This document shows, one piece after another, positions 13,765 to 28,421 of a DNA stretch of 57,170 nt. The notes under the pieces are model-generated. The model made no database searches. It saw nothing but the letters and a program-made list of their open reading frames with translations, and was not told the DNA's origin. A program made the translations under genes and the position numbers. How positions within the stretch are numbered: position 1 is the first letter of the stretch; the number at the start of each line of letters is the position of its first letter. The stretch spans positions 930,001-987,170 of the forward strand of contig RSEE01000012.1 in the NCBI GenBank assembly GCA_003971905.1, in the 5' to 3' direction. This DNA is from Moniliella sp. 'wahieum' (taxonomy: Eukaryota).

Positions 13765-15560
13765 GGTGTGGGGGCGGAGAGGGCAGGGGAGGCGGTGGCG
13801 CTGGGCTGGGCTGGGCTGCGGGTGGACGCCTGCTGGGGGCGGCTATCGAGCGCCACGCAAGAGAAGCGGGCAGGACAGCGGTTCGTGGCGAGGCGAGTGA
13901 AACTTTTGGCGCCTGCCGCCCGAAGCACCGAAAACGCCTGCGGACACCCACGGCCGCTGAGGGTTATTACGAGATGGGCGGCACACGACGCGCCTCGTGC
14001 TCCCCAGCGCACCCGCCGCCGCAGCACCTCCACCCGTGCCCATGGCTCGCACCCACTGCCATTGCTGCTCTGGGCGTGCTGGGCGCTGGGCGGCCTGAGC
14101 GCCGGTTTAAGCGGCTGCGCTCTGAGACGCTGGTCTGATCGGTACAGATCTGAGACCAGATCAGGGCAGGCTCTCACCCTCCCCTCCACGCGCCCATCGG
14201 GCAGCAGCACGCAGCACCCGCCGCCAGACCGCCTCTATCCGTCGCTGCGACTCCGCACACAAAGCACGCCAGAGCGCCAAGCTGCGGCAGAGACGAACGG
14301 ACACGCGTGTGCTGTGGGCCAAGGCATGCGTCTGGCCGCTGTGCTGGCAACGGCCGTTGCCCATTCCGGTGCCCGCAGCGAACCCAAACGGGGGTGGACG
14401 CTCGACGGGGACGGGCGACAGACAGGCCAAGTGGGGCGGGTGTGACAGGTGTGTGACGGCTGCTGGACACACAGGCGCTGGGCTGGGCTGGGGTGCTCGA
14501 TGCCCGACGGCCTCAGCCATCACTGTCGGGGGTTGGTGGACTGCGCCCCCATGCGACGCCCCCTCGCAGTGAGTCATCACACTCACATACCCATCCGCTC
14601 CTCTTCGCAGCCAGTAGGTAGACCGCCTCTGTAATGCACGGCTCCAGCTATATAATACTCGGCCGATACCATGTTCATCACATGTTGTACCACGCCGCCT
14701 GCGGCCTGCTGCAGCCTCGACACATCCCCGATGCACGCATGTCATTCGCACTCTCTGTGGCCCTCTGTTGGCGAGATATAAAAAAGGGTGTTATGGTCTT
14801 GTTTTCCTTTTTTCGCGAGCACACGTGCGTTTGGGGGCACAGGCCCTGTGCGGAATGTGGATGCACAGGCGAACGAGACACCAATACCAGAGAGAATAAG
14901 AGCCGGTTCTCCTCGTCAAGCACATCCAACAGTCACTAGTCACAGGAGATATGTGGTGTTTTGTCCAGCCGCTTCTCTCTCTACTTTGGTCCCTTGCCGC
15001 AGAGGTGGAATGAATCTGAGGAGATGCTGTGAAGAGGCGAGAACGGAGGCGAAAGGAGACAGTATACCCGGGTAAAACGCGTGCGTTGCGGTAAGACAAA
15101 AGGCGTTATCTGCTGCGGTACTGCGATATGTGGAGACCATTATAGCTTTCCTTTATTAGGAGGAACCTCAGCGGCACTGGCACGAGGCCACTAGGCCTTG
15201 TCTTCGCTTCTGCCTCTTTCTTTGCGCTCCAGTGTTCACTTCCCCCTCGTGTCTTGTCTCCACGAACCATGTCACTTCCGCTGGATACTTGCTTCCCCTC
15301 TGTGCTCGTAACCAGTCCTCTCCAGGTCTTAATAGTCAGTGAGGGCCATGTGACAACGGCTAGTTCGATGTGGCCAACGCGCAACACCGCGCAACAAGAT
15401 TCTGTGGCTCTGAATTTATATCATCGACAACCCCCCCGCTTACATGGAGGGCGCCCATTGTGACATGATCCAGTCAGTGGAACTTAAAAGCTAACTCTGT
15501 AGTCCTCCACAGCAACCCCTTGTACGCAGAGACCCGCTCTGCCTAGCTTGGCGGCACTCA

Positions 15561-16769
15561 CTAGGCCCGCAGGCCGCCAATCTCGGCACTGTGCGCCTTG
15601 CCTTCGAATGAGTTCGGCCATGACCTTACCTGTTCCTGGGCCGAGGGTGATGCCCCAGCAGGTATGACCGGCAGCAATGTAGAGTCCACGCTCGGGCAAC
15701 CCATCAATCAACGGGCCTCGGAATGCGCCGGCAGGAAGATAGCAGGCATGTTGCGCCTCCAGCACCGCGCCATCCCCCAAACTGGTCGGGGCAATATGAT
15801 GCGGATTTGTTCCATAAGCCGCTTGGTTTGGCGTGGCTCGTATCCAATGTCGTCCGCCAACGCCGGAAGCGGCTCATTGTCCGACCCGCCGCAAATGTAC
15901 ACTGTGCCATCCGCGCGAGCGTAAATCTCGGGCCCACGAGCAACAATGCCCGTGTCGCCAAAGCGCATGTCGGTAAAGAGGCAATGCGCCGTCGTCGGCC
16001 TTGTGCTGCGCAACACGATCGAATGCGCCCTCGACCCGCCCACCGTCCTTCCCTTCCGCGCGACTTTACTGTGGTAGAGCAAGCTGGTGGGCTGAATCAT
16101 GTTCTTAAACAGCTCCCCGGTCCAAGGACCGGCAGCGACCACAACGCGGTCGCACGCCAGCTCGAGAGGCACTGCGGTTTTGTACGTCGGGTCGTACGTC
16201 TCGAGCACAATGCCCTTAATCGCATCTTCCTCAGAGAGAAGGATGCTGGTCGCCTTGGTGCTCATGTAGCATTGCACGCCTGGCTGACGACACGCTTCTT
16301 CCACCATATACTCCACCAGGGCTTTGGGCATCACCTGGGCGGGTGGAGCCGGTGCCACCCATGTGTTGGTCGAGGTGACGATTTTAGGGTCGATCCAGGT
16401 AAGCTCACGCGGACATTTGGAGCGGTGCTTGGAGGTGTCAATGTTGACCTGCAGCGTCTCCACGTCGCGATAGCCCCATCGTTCTGCGCCTTGCAGTTCG
16501 TCGGCCAAGTCCGCGGTGCAGCTGGTAGCTCAACCGCGCCAGGGACGAGGTGGAAAAGCCGTGGCCAATCGCGTGCCAAGAACCCGCCAGACCGGCCACT
16601 GGCTGCAGCTGCCAGCTCCGAACTGGCTTCGACCAAGGTCACCTTGCTCCCCGGCGGACGATAGGGGTGCTTGGCGGTATAGTACAGGATCGACGCACCA
16701 ATGATGCCCCCGCCAATGATGACGACGTGCTGCGGCGGGGTGGGTGTGGGTGTGCTGGAAGGAAGACAT
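15561..16769 (-). CDS. FAD-dependent oxidoreductase, DAO family (Tda3/YHR009C-like), frameshifted
   Basis: VVIIGGGIIG dinucleotide-binding motif, ASGRSGGFLARDW, VVVAAGPWT, and C-terminal AAGHTCWGITLGPGTGKVMAELI. Confidence 0.88.
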
Positions 16770-18175
16770 GGGTGCCGGTGCCGGTGCCGGTGCAGATGGT
16801 GGTGGTGGGGCAACGGGTGGAGCGGGTGGGGTGGGGGGAGGGGGGGATATGGCTAGGGAGGCACAGGCGGCTCACAAGGACAGCTCGAGGCCAGCGTCGG
16901 CTCCAAACGGCCCCCATCCCATCGTACATACACCCACCCACCCATCCACATAACACAACCCAGTCTCACTTGGCTAGCTTGGTGCTGGCACCAGGCTCAG
17001 ATCACAGTGACCAGCGCCACACACTGCCCTTGTGCCAGGTGCTGCGGGCCGGAAGCTACGGCGGGAGAGCACAGCGCTGCTGCCTCCTTCGGCGCCGGCC
17101 GCACAGCGCCAGTGTCCGCCAGGCTGGCCCCACTCCCCCGGCGCAAATTTGAAATTGGCAACACCGGTGCCGGCAAGCCAGCGGCGCGTTTTGGGCGGCA
17201 CTTGACCACTTGAGCTGGCAGCCGCTGCCAGTCACCGCACCACTTCGGCCGGGCGAAGACGTCTCGAAGACGGGGCAGCAGGGGCTAGCGCAACCCACTT
17301 GCAACACTCAGTCGCATGACCCTGGCCATGGCCATGCCCACGCAACTTCCCTCGCCTGGCTTTTGGATTTGGCGCCCATCGCTGTTTTCCTGATGGTAAT
17401 CGGTAACCCCGGTAACCGGTAACGCCACCACGCCCAGAGATGGATCTAGCACGCGCGTGGGTAGCTGGGTAGCCCCATCTGCTTTCAAGCTTCAGGAACG
17501 CGATGGGAAGATATTTTCTTCACATTTCCGCTTCTTGTTTCCCTATAGCGTCGCCAATTAATCACCAGTCACTAGTCACTACTAGTCACTCACCTGGTCA
17601 CTTGCTTCACGAGGTCACTAGTTGACTGTCCCTGGTTACCGGTTACCGGTTACCCGCCTCTCGCACGGCCACATATCAGATTTCAAAAAGGCACATCTTA
17701 GATCTCCCAGATAGCCCCTGGGCGCGCCGTTGTCGGTCGCATTATCAGGCCAGCCCCGCTATCAGCGTTCAACATAAGAGTGTGGACCCGATGAAGGTGT
17801 CTGGCAACAATAAGCCCCCCCCTCCCTCTTCCTCCATCAGCGCACCGCCCCCATCAGGTTATCCAACCCCCCTCCGCTCACCCACCCTGTCAACTGACGG
17901 ACAGGCGCTCGTAGAAGTATTTCGCTCGTAGAAAAGCTGTCCTTCTACACAAAAAAAATCAAACCTGAGATTTCAGAACCAAATACACTCTATGCCACTG
18001 ATGATTCAATCACTCCCAGTGGAGTTGACCGTCCGTCAACGTTCAACGGACAAAAAAGCCATCATCGAGTCTTGTCCATGCCATCGTAGAGAGAAGGGGA
18101 GAGAGGAGGATGGATGCGACCAAGGGAAAACCAGTATTCAATAACAAACAACAGTAGGGGAAAACGAGAACGTCG

Positions 18176-21100
18176 TCACAGAGTAAACAGGAAGCGCAAG
18201 TCCGCCACACTTAGGCGTCCCATTGCACTGTCGTCTTTGCCAATTGCAGCCTCGATCATGGCGCTCTTCTTGTTTTGCAATTCGATGATGCGGCTCTCAA
18301 TCGAGTTTTCAATGATCAGCCGCTTGACCACAATTGGTCGATGTTGGCCGATACGATGGATGCGGTCCATAGCCTGCGTCTCAACCGACGGGTTCCACCA
18401 CGGCTAGTGCAAGCAAGCCAACAACAAAAAACTGGGTCAATCTCCGCATGAATAACGCGATAAAAAAAACGTGCCAGGAAACTGTCTACTCACGTCCATC
18501 AAATACACCCGACTTGCTTCAACCAAATTAAGCGCCACACCACCTGCCTTGAGAGAAAGCAGGAGCACCGTAGTGTGGGTGTTGGCTTGGAAGTGCTTGA
18601 TGGTCTTATCCCGGGCCTCCGGGGTCATCGAACCCTCCAACCGACAGATCGAAAAGCCAAGACGTTGGAGACGGAACGCTATCAGATCCAAAAAATTGGT
18701 AAACTGACTAAACACCAGCGACTTGATTGTCGAATCCTCCCGACGGAGCGAGAGGAGCTCTTCCACCAGCGCTTCAATCTTGGTCGAAGAACGCCACTGC
18801 TCCATGTTGAGACGAGAGAGGATGCCTTGACGAGCAGCGTCGTACCCACGGGGGGGCGCTAGCGCTTCCTGCTCCAGATTAATCACCATCGTCGCATGGC
18901 AGCAGGGGCAGTCGTGGGAATGCGCATGAGATCCCGGTTCCATCTCAAGGTATTCTCGAATGCAAAGGCGGCAAAAAACGTGCCGGCACTTGGACAGGAT
19001 CGGGTCCTCTGCCACGTCCATACAGATCCTGCACACTCGGTTGTTTTGCTCCACATCGTCGGCGAGCAGATGCTGCTGCATTCCCGTCTGGGACCGGAGC
19101 ACCAAGTCGGGGTGATTGGCCATCTGGCGCATGCGGGTCAGGAGGGTAAAATGTTGCTGTAGTTGTTCAGTACGGTGCCCTGGTTGAGGTAGGTGGAGAA
19201 CCGACGAGTGGTGTCCCTGTACAAACTCTCGTACAGGTCTTCCTCCTCCTCGTTGAATTGGTCCCGTCGGACCAAGACTGTGCGCGGGGGCAGGCCCATA
19301 TCATCCGCCCGTTCCAGCTTGGTTCGACGGAGCATAATGTGCTCCAAGAGCAAGTGCAGGCGCCGAAATGCGTCCCGCCCTTCACCCGCGTCGATACCAC
19401 CGCGTTGAATGGGCTTGAGGATTTCACTGTTCCAGAAGGCGGTATGCGTCATGGGCGGATGGCGACATTGATCGCACCAGCGCTTGTTACTAAACGACCA
19501 GTGCAGCGACTTGCATTTGCAATACAGGCAAAAGTAGAACGCATACGGATCGGCCCCCATGAACCGGACCATCGAATAGAGTTCTCCCACCCGGTTTTGC
19601 AAAGGCGTGCCCGAGAGACACCACCGGTAATCGCCGACGAGCTGGAAGGCGGCCTTGGCCATGTTGGTAGACCCCTCCTTGATATTGTGGGCCTCGTCCA
19701 GCACGATCCGATGCCAATGGGTGCTGTGGAGGGGCTGGGCTCAAAGAACAGCTGCCCCTTGCGCCGCCATCCTTTCACTTGTTTGCTGAACGACCGCTCC
19801 ATAGTCTGATACGATGTCAACACCACATCGTAGTTCTTGAATTCGTCGGCATCCCTCTCGCGATTGAGGCCGTGCCAAAGAAGGACATTCATACCAGGTG
19901 TGTACTTGTTGATTTCGTTGCGCCACTGTATAATCGCCACCGTCGGCGCCACAACCAACGCCGGACCTTTCTTCTCATGGTAGTCTGACATGAACAGCCC
20001 AATCATCTGGATCGTCTTGCCCATGCCCATCTCATCCGCCAGAATGCCACCGCCCCACATGGACTTTTCCTGCTTGGTGAGCCAGTTGATGCCTTCCAGC
20101 TGGAAGGGGAGCAACTTGATTGCCATGCCTGGCGGCTCCTCGGCTTGCTCAGCCTTCCGCACCGGAGACCGGGCCAGGTCTTTCCAAATGTTCTTCAACT
20201 CTGGGTGATACGGTAACAATCGTTGCCGCATCTGGGCGTACCGGGACCGAGTATCGTTGCTGGGGCGGGCGTGTTCCCGTCTCCGCCGTTGGATCGCCCT
20301 CTCATAGCGAATGTCCTCATCGGCCATTGAGCCACGCGCTAACGGAGGAGCCTCAGGCACATCGCCATCACCACGACTCGGATCAGGCATGGTGGACGGT
20401 TGATCGGCACTGGCCGCCTCGTCTTGGACGGGTACGTTGCTCCCCCCCCCATCAACCTGAACTTCGCTCTCCTCCTCCCCTTCCTCGCCCACCTCGCTCG
20501 GACCGTCGCCATCGATCTTGAGCCGCTTGGATGACTGGCTGGCATGGCTGCGCAGAGGCTGGGAAGAGACGGGGCCCGACTCGCCACCGCTCTCAGACGT
20601 GTACTTGCGCTTGCCCTCCTTTTTTGGCATGGATCGGGATCGGGAACGAGATCGGGATCGGGGTGGGGATCGAGATGGGGTTTGGGTCTTGGCTTTGCCT
20701 TTTCCGTTATTCTCGCCAATGGCACAGTCGGCTACGGTGGATTGGGTCGGGGCCACAGAAGATGAGGACTCCATTGGATCGTTCGAAGTGACGGACTTGG
20801 GTTTGCTTTGAGCGGCGGAAGGTGTGTCCGTCTCTTGCTCCAGCGGACCGTCAACGCCACCATGATCATCCTCTTCAATTGTCCCGCCAACTATTCCGCT
20901 CGACTCGGCCAGACCGGGTTGCATCAACTCCTTCTCCATATCCTGTTGGATGAAGGGGCGGCCGTGGCGAACAGATGTAATATGGGAGGGGAAATACGGA
21001 TTGACATCAGGAGTGGATGGGAGGGACGCGTCCGAACCGCCATTCGCCACCAGCGTCACGTTGGCAGAGGTGAGAGCGGCCGGATCGCCGCGACGGAGAG

Positions 21101-21359
21101 AAGACTGGCTGGACGGACGATCAAGGGCACGACGCAGGTTTGATCCAGTCCCGCTTGGAGTGCAGGACTGAGCGGAGGCCACGAGGGATGAGGAATGGGG
21201 TGTAGGGGGAGCCGGCTCCGGCGTGGAGGCAGTGGAGGAAAGCGTGTGCCTCGTCGCAGCGCTGGTGCGGACGGTGGACGTGGCGGCGGGAGAGGACGGA
21301 GTATCGACCACGGCGCCGAGGCGAGCGGAGCGGCGGGGCGCACTGACGTTGGACGACAT
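18176..21359 (-). CDS. RAD16: Rad16 SNF2-family helicase / RING E3 for global-genome nucleotide excision repair; intron 18404-18493; frameshifts near 19140 and 19730
   Basis: [77 protein letters not shown] across a GTGAGT..TAG intron, and a C-terminal DLRFLF. Confidence 0.93.
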
Positions 21360-22486
21360 CTTGCCTGCGGTGGCGGCGGAGGGAGAAACCGTTGCCTTAA
21401 CGAGAGGCACTCGTCCACCCGACTACTCTACTCGATCCAAGCAGAGCCCAAAGATGGCCGGCATAAAGTACTTGAGCGACTTCTCGCAACACTGCCCTCG
21501 TGCCACATCCTGACCCCTTCCCTAACCGGTGACGCATAAGAAATGCCTGATCCGTGAGTAATTTAACGGCAGTCACCGGTGGCCATCCATCGTCTGCGGC
21601 AGATTTCACCCACAAGTGTAGCAGGGTTTAGCTAAGTTAGGGCACAGCCAGCACAGGCCAACATGCGGCTCTTTAACGGCAAACGCGTCACTTCCGTCAC
21701 GTTGCGGCCATGCGCTTGTGCCACTGCGTCTCCCGTCCGGCCACGTCTCCCACGCCCGACCAGATGGTAGCAGTCGGGGCTGAGCGAGGGCGACTAAGAT
21801 GGAGCTCGAGACGGGGAGGATGGCATGATCGTTCGCGGAAGGAAACGAGACGCATCAGGCATAGGGAACAAGAGGAAAAAAATTAAGGGAAATGGGAGAG
21901 AGCGAAGGGATATATATGCAAAAAGGATAAGAGATGCAGCATTTGGACAATCGATAATAGTGAGCATTTGAATTCTTCCCCCTTTCAGGCCTCACCTCCC
22001 CAGCAGTGGAGATGGCGAACTATAGGTCGCATGCCAAGTGTTGCCCAGGAAGCATGCTTATCGGGGTACAGCGCTTGGAAGAAACGGGCCACAACAAAAG
22101 GGTGGCGTCCTGTGCTGCGATGTCGTCGGCAGCGGAGACTTCATTTTCCCGCTAGTGTGGATGGGATACCACCCCTCTGAAATGGAAAATGCCCACCTCG
22201 ATCATTAAGGGAGAGGGGTAAGTGACTCCCGTGGATGTCGTGGTGAGACGTCCCCGTGCCAGAATGGCTGGAAATAAGGGGGGGAAGGGGCTCGACTGAA
22301 GACGCCGCAACACTTCATCAACATGCTCCCCCCATGTGTGTCTTTTCGTCCGAGAAGTACGTGGAGGAGATTACCAAGCGTTTCTTATGGCATGGAAAGG
22401 GACAGGTGCGTTACAGGGAGACTGAACGATATATGACGACGAGAGACTCGAAGTGACCCTCGCGACGAGTACGAAAGGGAATATTG

Positions 22487-22543
22487 TACTCATCGCCTTT
22501 CTTGATACTCATCGCCTGCCTTGATACTCATCGTCTTTCTTGA
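22487..22543 (+). repeat. Three tandem 19-bp repeats (TACTCATCGCCTTTCTTGA consensus)
   Basis: Units read directly at 22487, 22506 and 22525. Confidence 0.85.
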
Positions 22544-24047
22544 CCTTCAAAAGGTTGTGCAATCCCCCCGGAAGTCAAGCTTTTGCGTTGGTGAAGTTGC
22601 GGGTCCCTAAAAAGCACACTCGAGCGAGTCGCTGTTGGTCTGTGTTTGAGATGTTGTACAAAACGAACTGGAGATGTGTGCGGAGTGTCGGGATCAGACT
22701 CACTTGATCATGTTCTTTGTCACCAAGTTGTCTGGCCCCCTTGATTTGTTCTATACCTGTTTCCCCCCTTTGGATTGTGCTCCCTCTTTCCCTCCATGCG
22801 ATTTATAGCTCGCATATTCTCTTCTTCTCCGAGGCATATATACCTCGCTTCCTTTCCATTAGATGAATATGATCCATGTCCTTCCCCCCATATCCATCTC
22901 CTGTTATGGAGACGCGCGACAACATCACAACCAATCGAAGACACTGTCCACATGACCAGTAATGCGTCCTCTACTATGTTATTCCTAGCATGCCGCGCAC
23001 TCTTGTTGGCCAGCTCGGTGGGGCCGTCACCAGACATCAGCTGGGACGGAAAAGGTGGCGCAGGGCAAAGAGACTAACACGGAAGCTAAAAGGAGTGGGG
23101 GAAGAAGGCATCGAGGGTTGCTCTCACCTCTTACACATCGCTTTCGGGAGTGGCAGGGATAACTATTTTTTTTACGGGCGATTATATGGAGTCTATAAGC
23201 AATTGCGGGCAACGATGAAAACGATAAGTGATGCCGATGATGTATGGGGTCGATTCTGGAAACCCGACTGGCGGTTGAACGTGGTTGAACTGGGGTGTTG
23301 GTGCTGAGCATAAAAACCGAACCTCGGAACGCCCCGTTCCCTCAACTGTTGGCAGCTGAGCTCAGCGGGAGGATGCGTTGTTGGAGCACATGCCCTCTCA
23401 GTGTGCTGACAGTTCAACCTAAGCTACACGTACAAGCGGCCGCCTCTCGACGGATAGGCGGTGGTTGAGCGTTGGACGTTGGTGGGAGTGGAGGGCAGGC
23501 CTAAGTAAGCTGACGTTGGCCGACGCATGCTGGTAACCTCCAGCTGGGCTCACCTGCACGACGCATAAAATTCTGCTCTCCCAGCAGCGCAGGCAGCCGG
23601 CAGTAGGGTTGGGCGGGGAGTGCTGGCGCTTGCCTTGGCGCTTGCCTGGCTTGTTCTTCTGGGCACAGTTTAATTTGAGCTGCATGCGCCAGGCAAGGGG
23701 CCATGCAAAGTGGGCTGCTTGCACGCACGGCGCCAGTGGCGGCGCTGGCGGAACAAACAGTTTGGCCGCACACGAGCAGTGTCCCTGCGGCAGCCCCCCT
23801 CGACAGGCACACTGCCGCCCTGCCTTCTGTCCGGCTGTCCGCCCGGCCCGGGGGCGGCACCGCGCTTGTGTTCCTCCCCGTCTCGTTTCACGGTGTCCTC
23901 CGTGGGGCATCGCAGCACACCGCACGGACCGCCCATGCTCGACGCCCCAAGCGCAACCCATTAAAAGGGCTTCTCGCTCTGGCCACATCAGCCGACCCTC
24001 TTCCCCCATCACCACCTCCTTCTCTACTCCCCCTCTTTGCATCCACC

Positions 24048-24811
<764 letters not shown>

Positions 24812-25218
24812 GCAACCCGTTACCCCCTTACGACATTTGCTCGACACCCCCCGATCTAAGCGCAATCGCAATGTGATCTATTGCACTGCCATTCCCACTC
24901 ATGTGGCCCAGGGCTTGCTGGCCCTTTTTCTTTTTATAGCCCTCCTCGTATCATGAACATCTGCGGGCACTGTCCGCGTACAGTTGCTGTTCGGCAAGTC
25001 ATCGCTGCTCTGCGAAAAAGGAACCTGTCCTGCATCTCTGAAGAGTCGACAGACGATCGTCATGCTCATGGCACGTCCTACGAAGTTAACATCCCGCCGT
25101 TGAGATGAACCAGACCAACAAAACTAGCAACCAAAGGGACCAATGCATGCATCCATTGCAGGGCTGGATATGGATAATGGCAAGATGGAGCACAGCGATA
25201 GAGGATATATACCGCCGC

Positions 25219-28200
25219 CTACGCCTCTTTCAGTCCGAGACGAGCGACGACGAGCGTCAAGTCTTGCGCCGGTTCCGTCGCCTCAGGAGGGAAAAAGCGC
25301 ATGAGCGACTCAAACAGGCGCATGCGCTGGGAAAAGCACTCGCTGCTCTTTAACGGTACAACTGCGGGTACGCGAACGGCGCCCGACGGGTCCACGTGGT
25401 CATCAGGCAGGACTTCCGTCGAAGAAAGGGTTTGCGAAATGGAAAGTGGCTCGTCGTCTGCAGCCTCACTACTGCAGGACGATTCAGCCTCGCGTCCGGG
25501 TGGGGAAAGAGGTGTGGGGGGAGACAACAGCAGTGCGCTCAGATTGCGTAAGATGGTCGTATCGTGAACTGACTGGTAATCCACCATATCCGCAACCGCC
25601 GAGTTGAGATATTTAAGTGCCACCTGCGTCGCATGGTAAGGCGATGGAGAAAAGTAGCGAAGCAACTCCTTAAACTTATGTTGCCGAACCAAAAAGCGGG
25701 CTTGCCGAAGCATCTCGCAACGGGGAGGTGGGAGAGAGTGATGTGCCAAGTGTCGCCCCAGCGCTCGCCCTGCTTGCCAACTTGGCTCTGCCCTCCAAAC
25801 ACCACCAGTTCTCCGCCATCAGGGCGGGAAACGTAAGCCATGCTCTGGGAAAGCGGGGAGGCATGGTGGAAGCAGGTGTGGCGGTGGCCCCCCCAATGAA
25901 GGTGTCACCTGAGCCGAGGCAGCGGAGGCAATAAGGGGCCCAAGCCAAAACCATAATCCTCCTCAGCCTCCACTTCAACGTCATTTCTTGTCGCCGTTCG
26001 GCGTGGTTCCTGCTCGTCGGCAACCGTCGTTTGACTGGCATCGTGCCCGTCCGAATGCTGAAAAGATTGTTTGGGGCCGAGCCAAAGAGCGCATATTCCA
26101 TCCCTCACCAAACAAGGACACGCCTGGAATGGGCCTGGACTCTTCGTTGACCCGAATTGCACCGCCAGGTAAAGTCGTGGCCAATTCGTCGGCGAACGTA
26201 TTATTCCTTTGCTGTCTTGGAAGGAGGGGAACTGCACGCTGCCTGACAGATTCGCGTCCAAGTACGCGAAGCAGGTCAAGAACCCAAACTTCGTTCTGCG
26301 TCGGCCCGTAATACCACGAGCCGTACGGGCGGGTGCTTGACCCGTCAGAGCAACAGTTCTCCTGGGCCAAGTCCAAGGCGGCCCTTGGCGTGGCACCCAT
26401 CACTGGATGGCCTGCTTCAGGTCCTAGAGATGGGTCTGGTAAAGTCTGCACCCGGTTCGCCGAGCCCGTTTGCAAATCATACGTCCATACATCATCACAG
26501 GCTAGCGTCCCACGCATGCCACCCACGACCCAGAGGCTAGCACCATGGTCAGGCACATTGAAGTGGCCTGTGCGGGGAGAGGAAGTAAGGTGTGTCCTGC
26601 GCGGGGGGGCAACCCAGATTTGTCAGGCGACGCCATTGACGAGCGACCAGGTCGTACTCCCAGAGGCCGAGCCATGGGCCATCGGCCTTGCGGGAATGGC
26701 CACGCGTCGAGCGATAGTGGCCAACGATATGGCCTCCAAACACGTACAACATCTGGCCTTCCTCATCGACGGCAATCTGGTGGTCAGAAACGAGAGGTGG
26801 TCCGCCATCAGCCTCGAGATCAGACGAATAGCAGGTCCAACGACCGGTGCGAGTGTTGTACCCCCAAAGGTCCGATCGGTAATCATTTCCGTCCATGGGT
26901 GTCATCCGAGACGCACCGGGATCCTCAATGCTCTCGTGAAGCCGGTCGAGGAAATGTTCGGTCCGGTCCACCCTAATCTCCGCGCGTGCATCGGTTGCAG
27001 TGGTAGAGTTGGACAGCATCATCAACATATCCTGGGAAACATCTAGGTACCGCCCTAACAGGTACATCATGCCCGAGCGAGAGTCGAACGTCATTGCGTG
27101 TCCTCTTCTTGCACTTGGGCCAAAGGTAGGTCCGCGGGATGAGGAAGACACGGGGTTGCGCAGGTCTACCACGGGCTGCAGCCCCATACCAGGCACAGCT
27201 TGGACCTCGGGTGCTTGCGCAGTGTTGCACGTCACCAATTCCCACTCGCGCTTGACCAAATCGTACTTCCAGAAATCGGCAAGATCACGCTCACCATCGT
27301 ACCCGCCGTGGAGGTAAAGGATTTTCTTGGCTGGGTCCAATGCCGTCGCATGCCCTGATCGGCCAGGTGGGGCCGATGGTGGTACAGTTGGCCAGGGAGG
27401 TTGATATACGCGTTCGGGGTCATGCGGGACCGACTCGGTCCAGGTGACCTGTGGCATTGCCTTGTTTGCTGCTTGCTCAAAAAGGGGTGGTGCCAGGGGG
27501 GATCCAGATACCGGGCCAGGTTGCGACGGGGGCGGCAAAGGCGCGTCGCCATAAGCGGCCCGCTCCAAGTTGGCTTCGGCGGCCTCAAAGTCGCCTTCCA
27601 GTACTAGGGAAGAAAAGAGACGAGAAACAATGGGGTGTTCAAACGGATGGGGGGCGGGTGGAGCAAGGGAAGATGAGCGCAGGAGTGTGTCAAAGGCAGT
27701 TAGGTGGCCTTGGAGACGAAGATGCTTGGCGGCGAGACGTAATGCCATGTCGTTAGTGTGCTCCTCCCATGCAGCGAGGACAGGATGAACGATAGATGGG
27801 TCGTCGCATCCCTCGACGGCAAAGTGCCATACAGTGCAGTGGTAGTTTGGTTGATGCGTAGCAAGCGGGACGAGCATGAGGTGCTGCGTAGCAAAAGGGG
27901 TGCCCGACGCGTCGGTCCAGCGCACGGAAAACGTCTCTGATGCCGGGTCGTTGCGCAAACCGTCGCGCAGAATGCGGACCCAGGGCGCGTTGCGAGTGGG
28001 CGCAGCGGAGGAGTGGACAGAAGCGGCGGCGGCGGGCGAGGCGAGCGGCAGCGCATAGATCTTGAAGTCGGATAGGTTACATGGATGGGCGCGCATGTAT
28101 TTTCCAAACACGACATTGGTGACCACGGCGGGGGCCGAGAGGTGGATGATGAGGAAGGCAGTGGTCGTGTCGGAGACACCGCTGTCGCCGGTCGAAGTAG

Positions 28201-28421
28201 CGGCTGAGGCAGCGGCGGCCACAGGCGCAGCCGCAGCCGCCGGCATGGAGCGGGCCGAGGCCTTGCGTGGACCAGCAGTGACGCTCCAGCGCGAGTTCTG
28301 GTCGTTGGGGCGGTGGTGGAGGATGCGGCTGGGATGGTAGGGCCCGCTCCAGCCGCTGTGTGCGCCGATGCGATAGGGACGTATGAGTCGGCGCAGCGGC
28401 CACGCTGCTGGCCGTGGCCAT
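25219..28421 (-). CDS. Muskelin-like protein (discoidin-like N-terminal domain, LisH, kelch repeats), frameshifted
   Basis: YHPSRIL..RPNDQNSRWS, FGKYMRAHPCNLSDFKIY, ALRLAAKHLRLQG (LisH), kelch LHGGYDGERDLADFWKY, and C-terminal RLFESLMRFFP. Confidence 0.88.

Noticed and set aside
22420..22500. Possible hammerhead ribozyme near the hairpin
   Set aside because: No CUGANGA core correctly placed relative to GAAA.
22720..23311. Short ORFs in the lower-GC RAD16-TPI1 spacer
   Set aside because: No recognisable domain, so a gene call cannot be supported.
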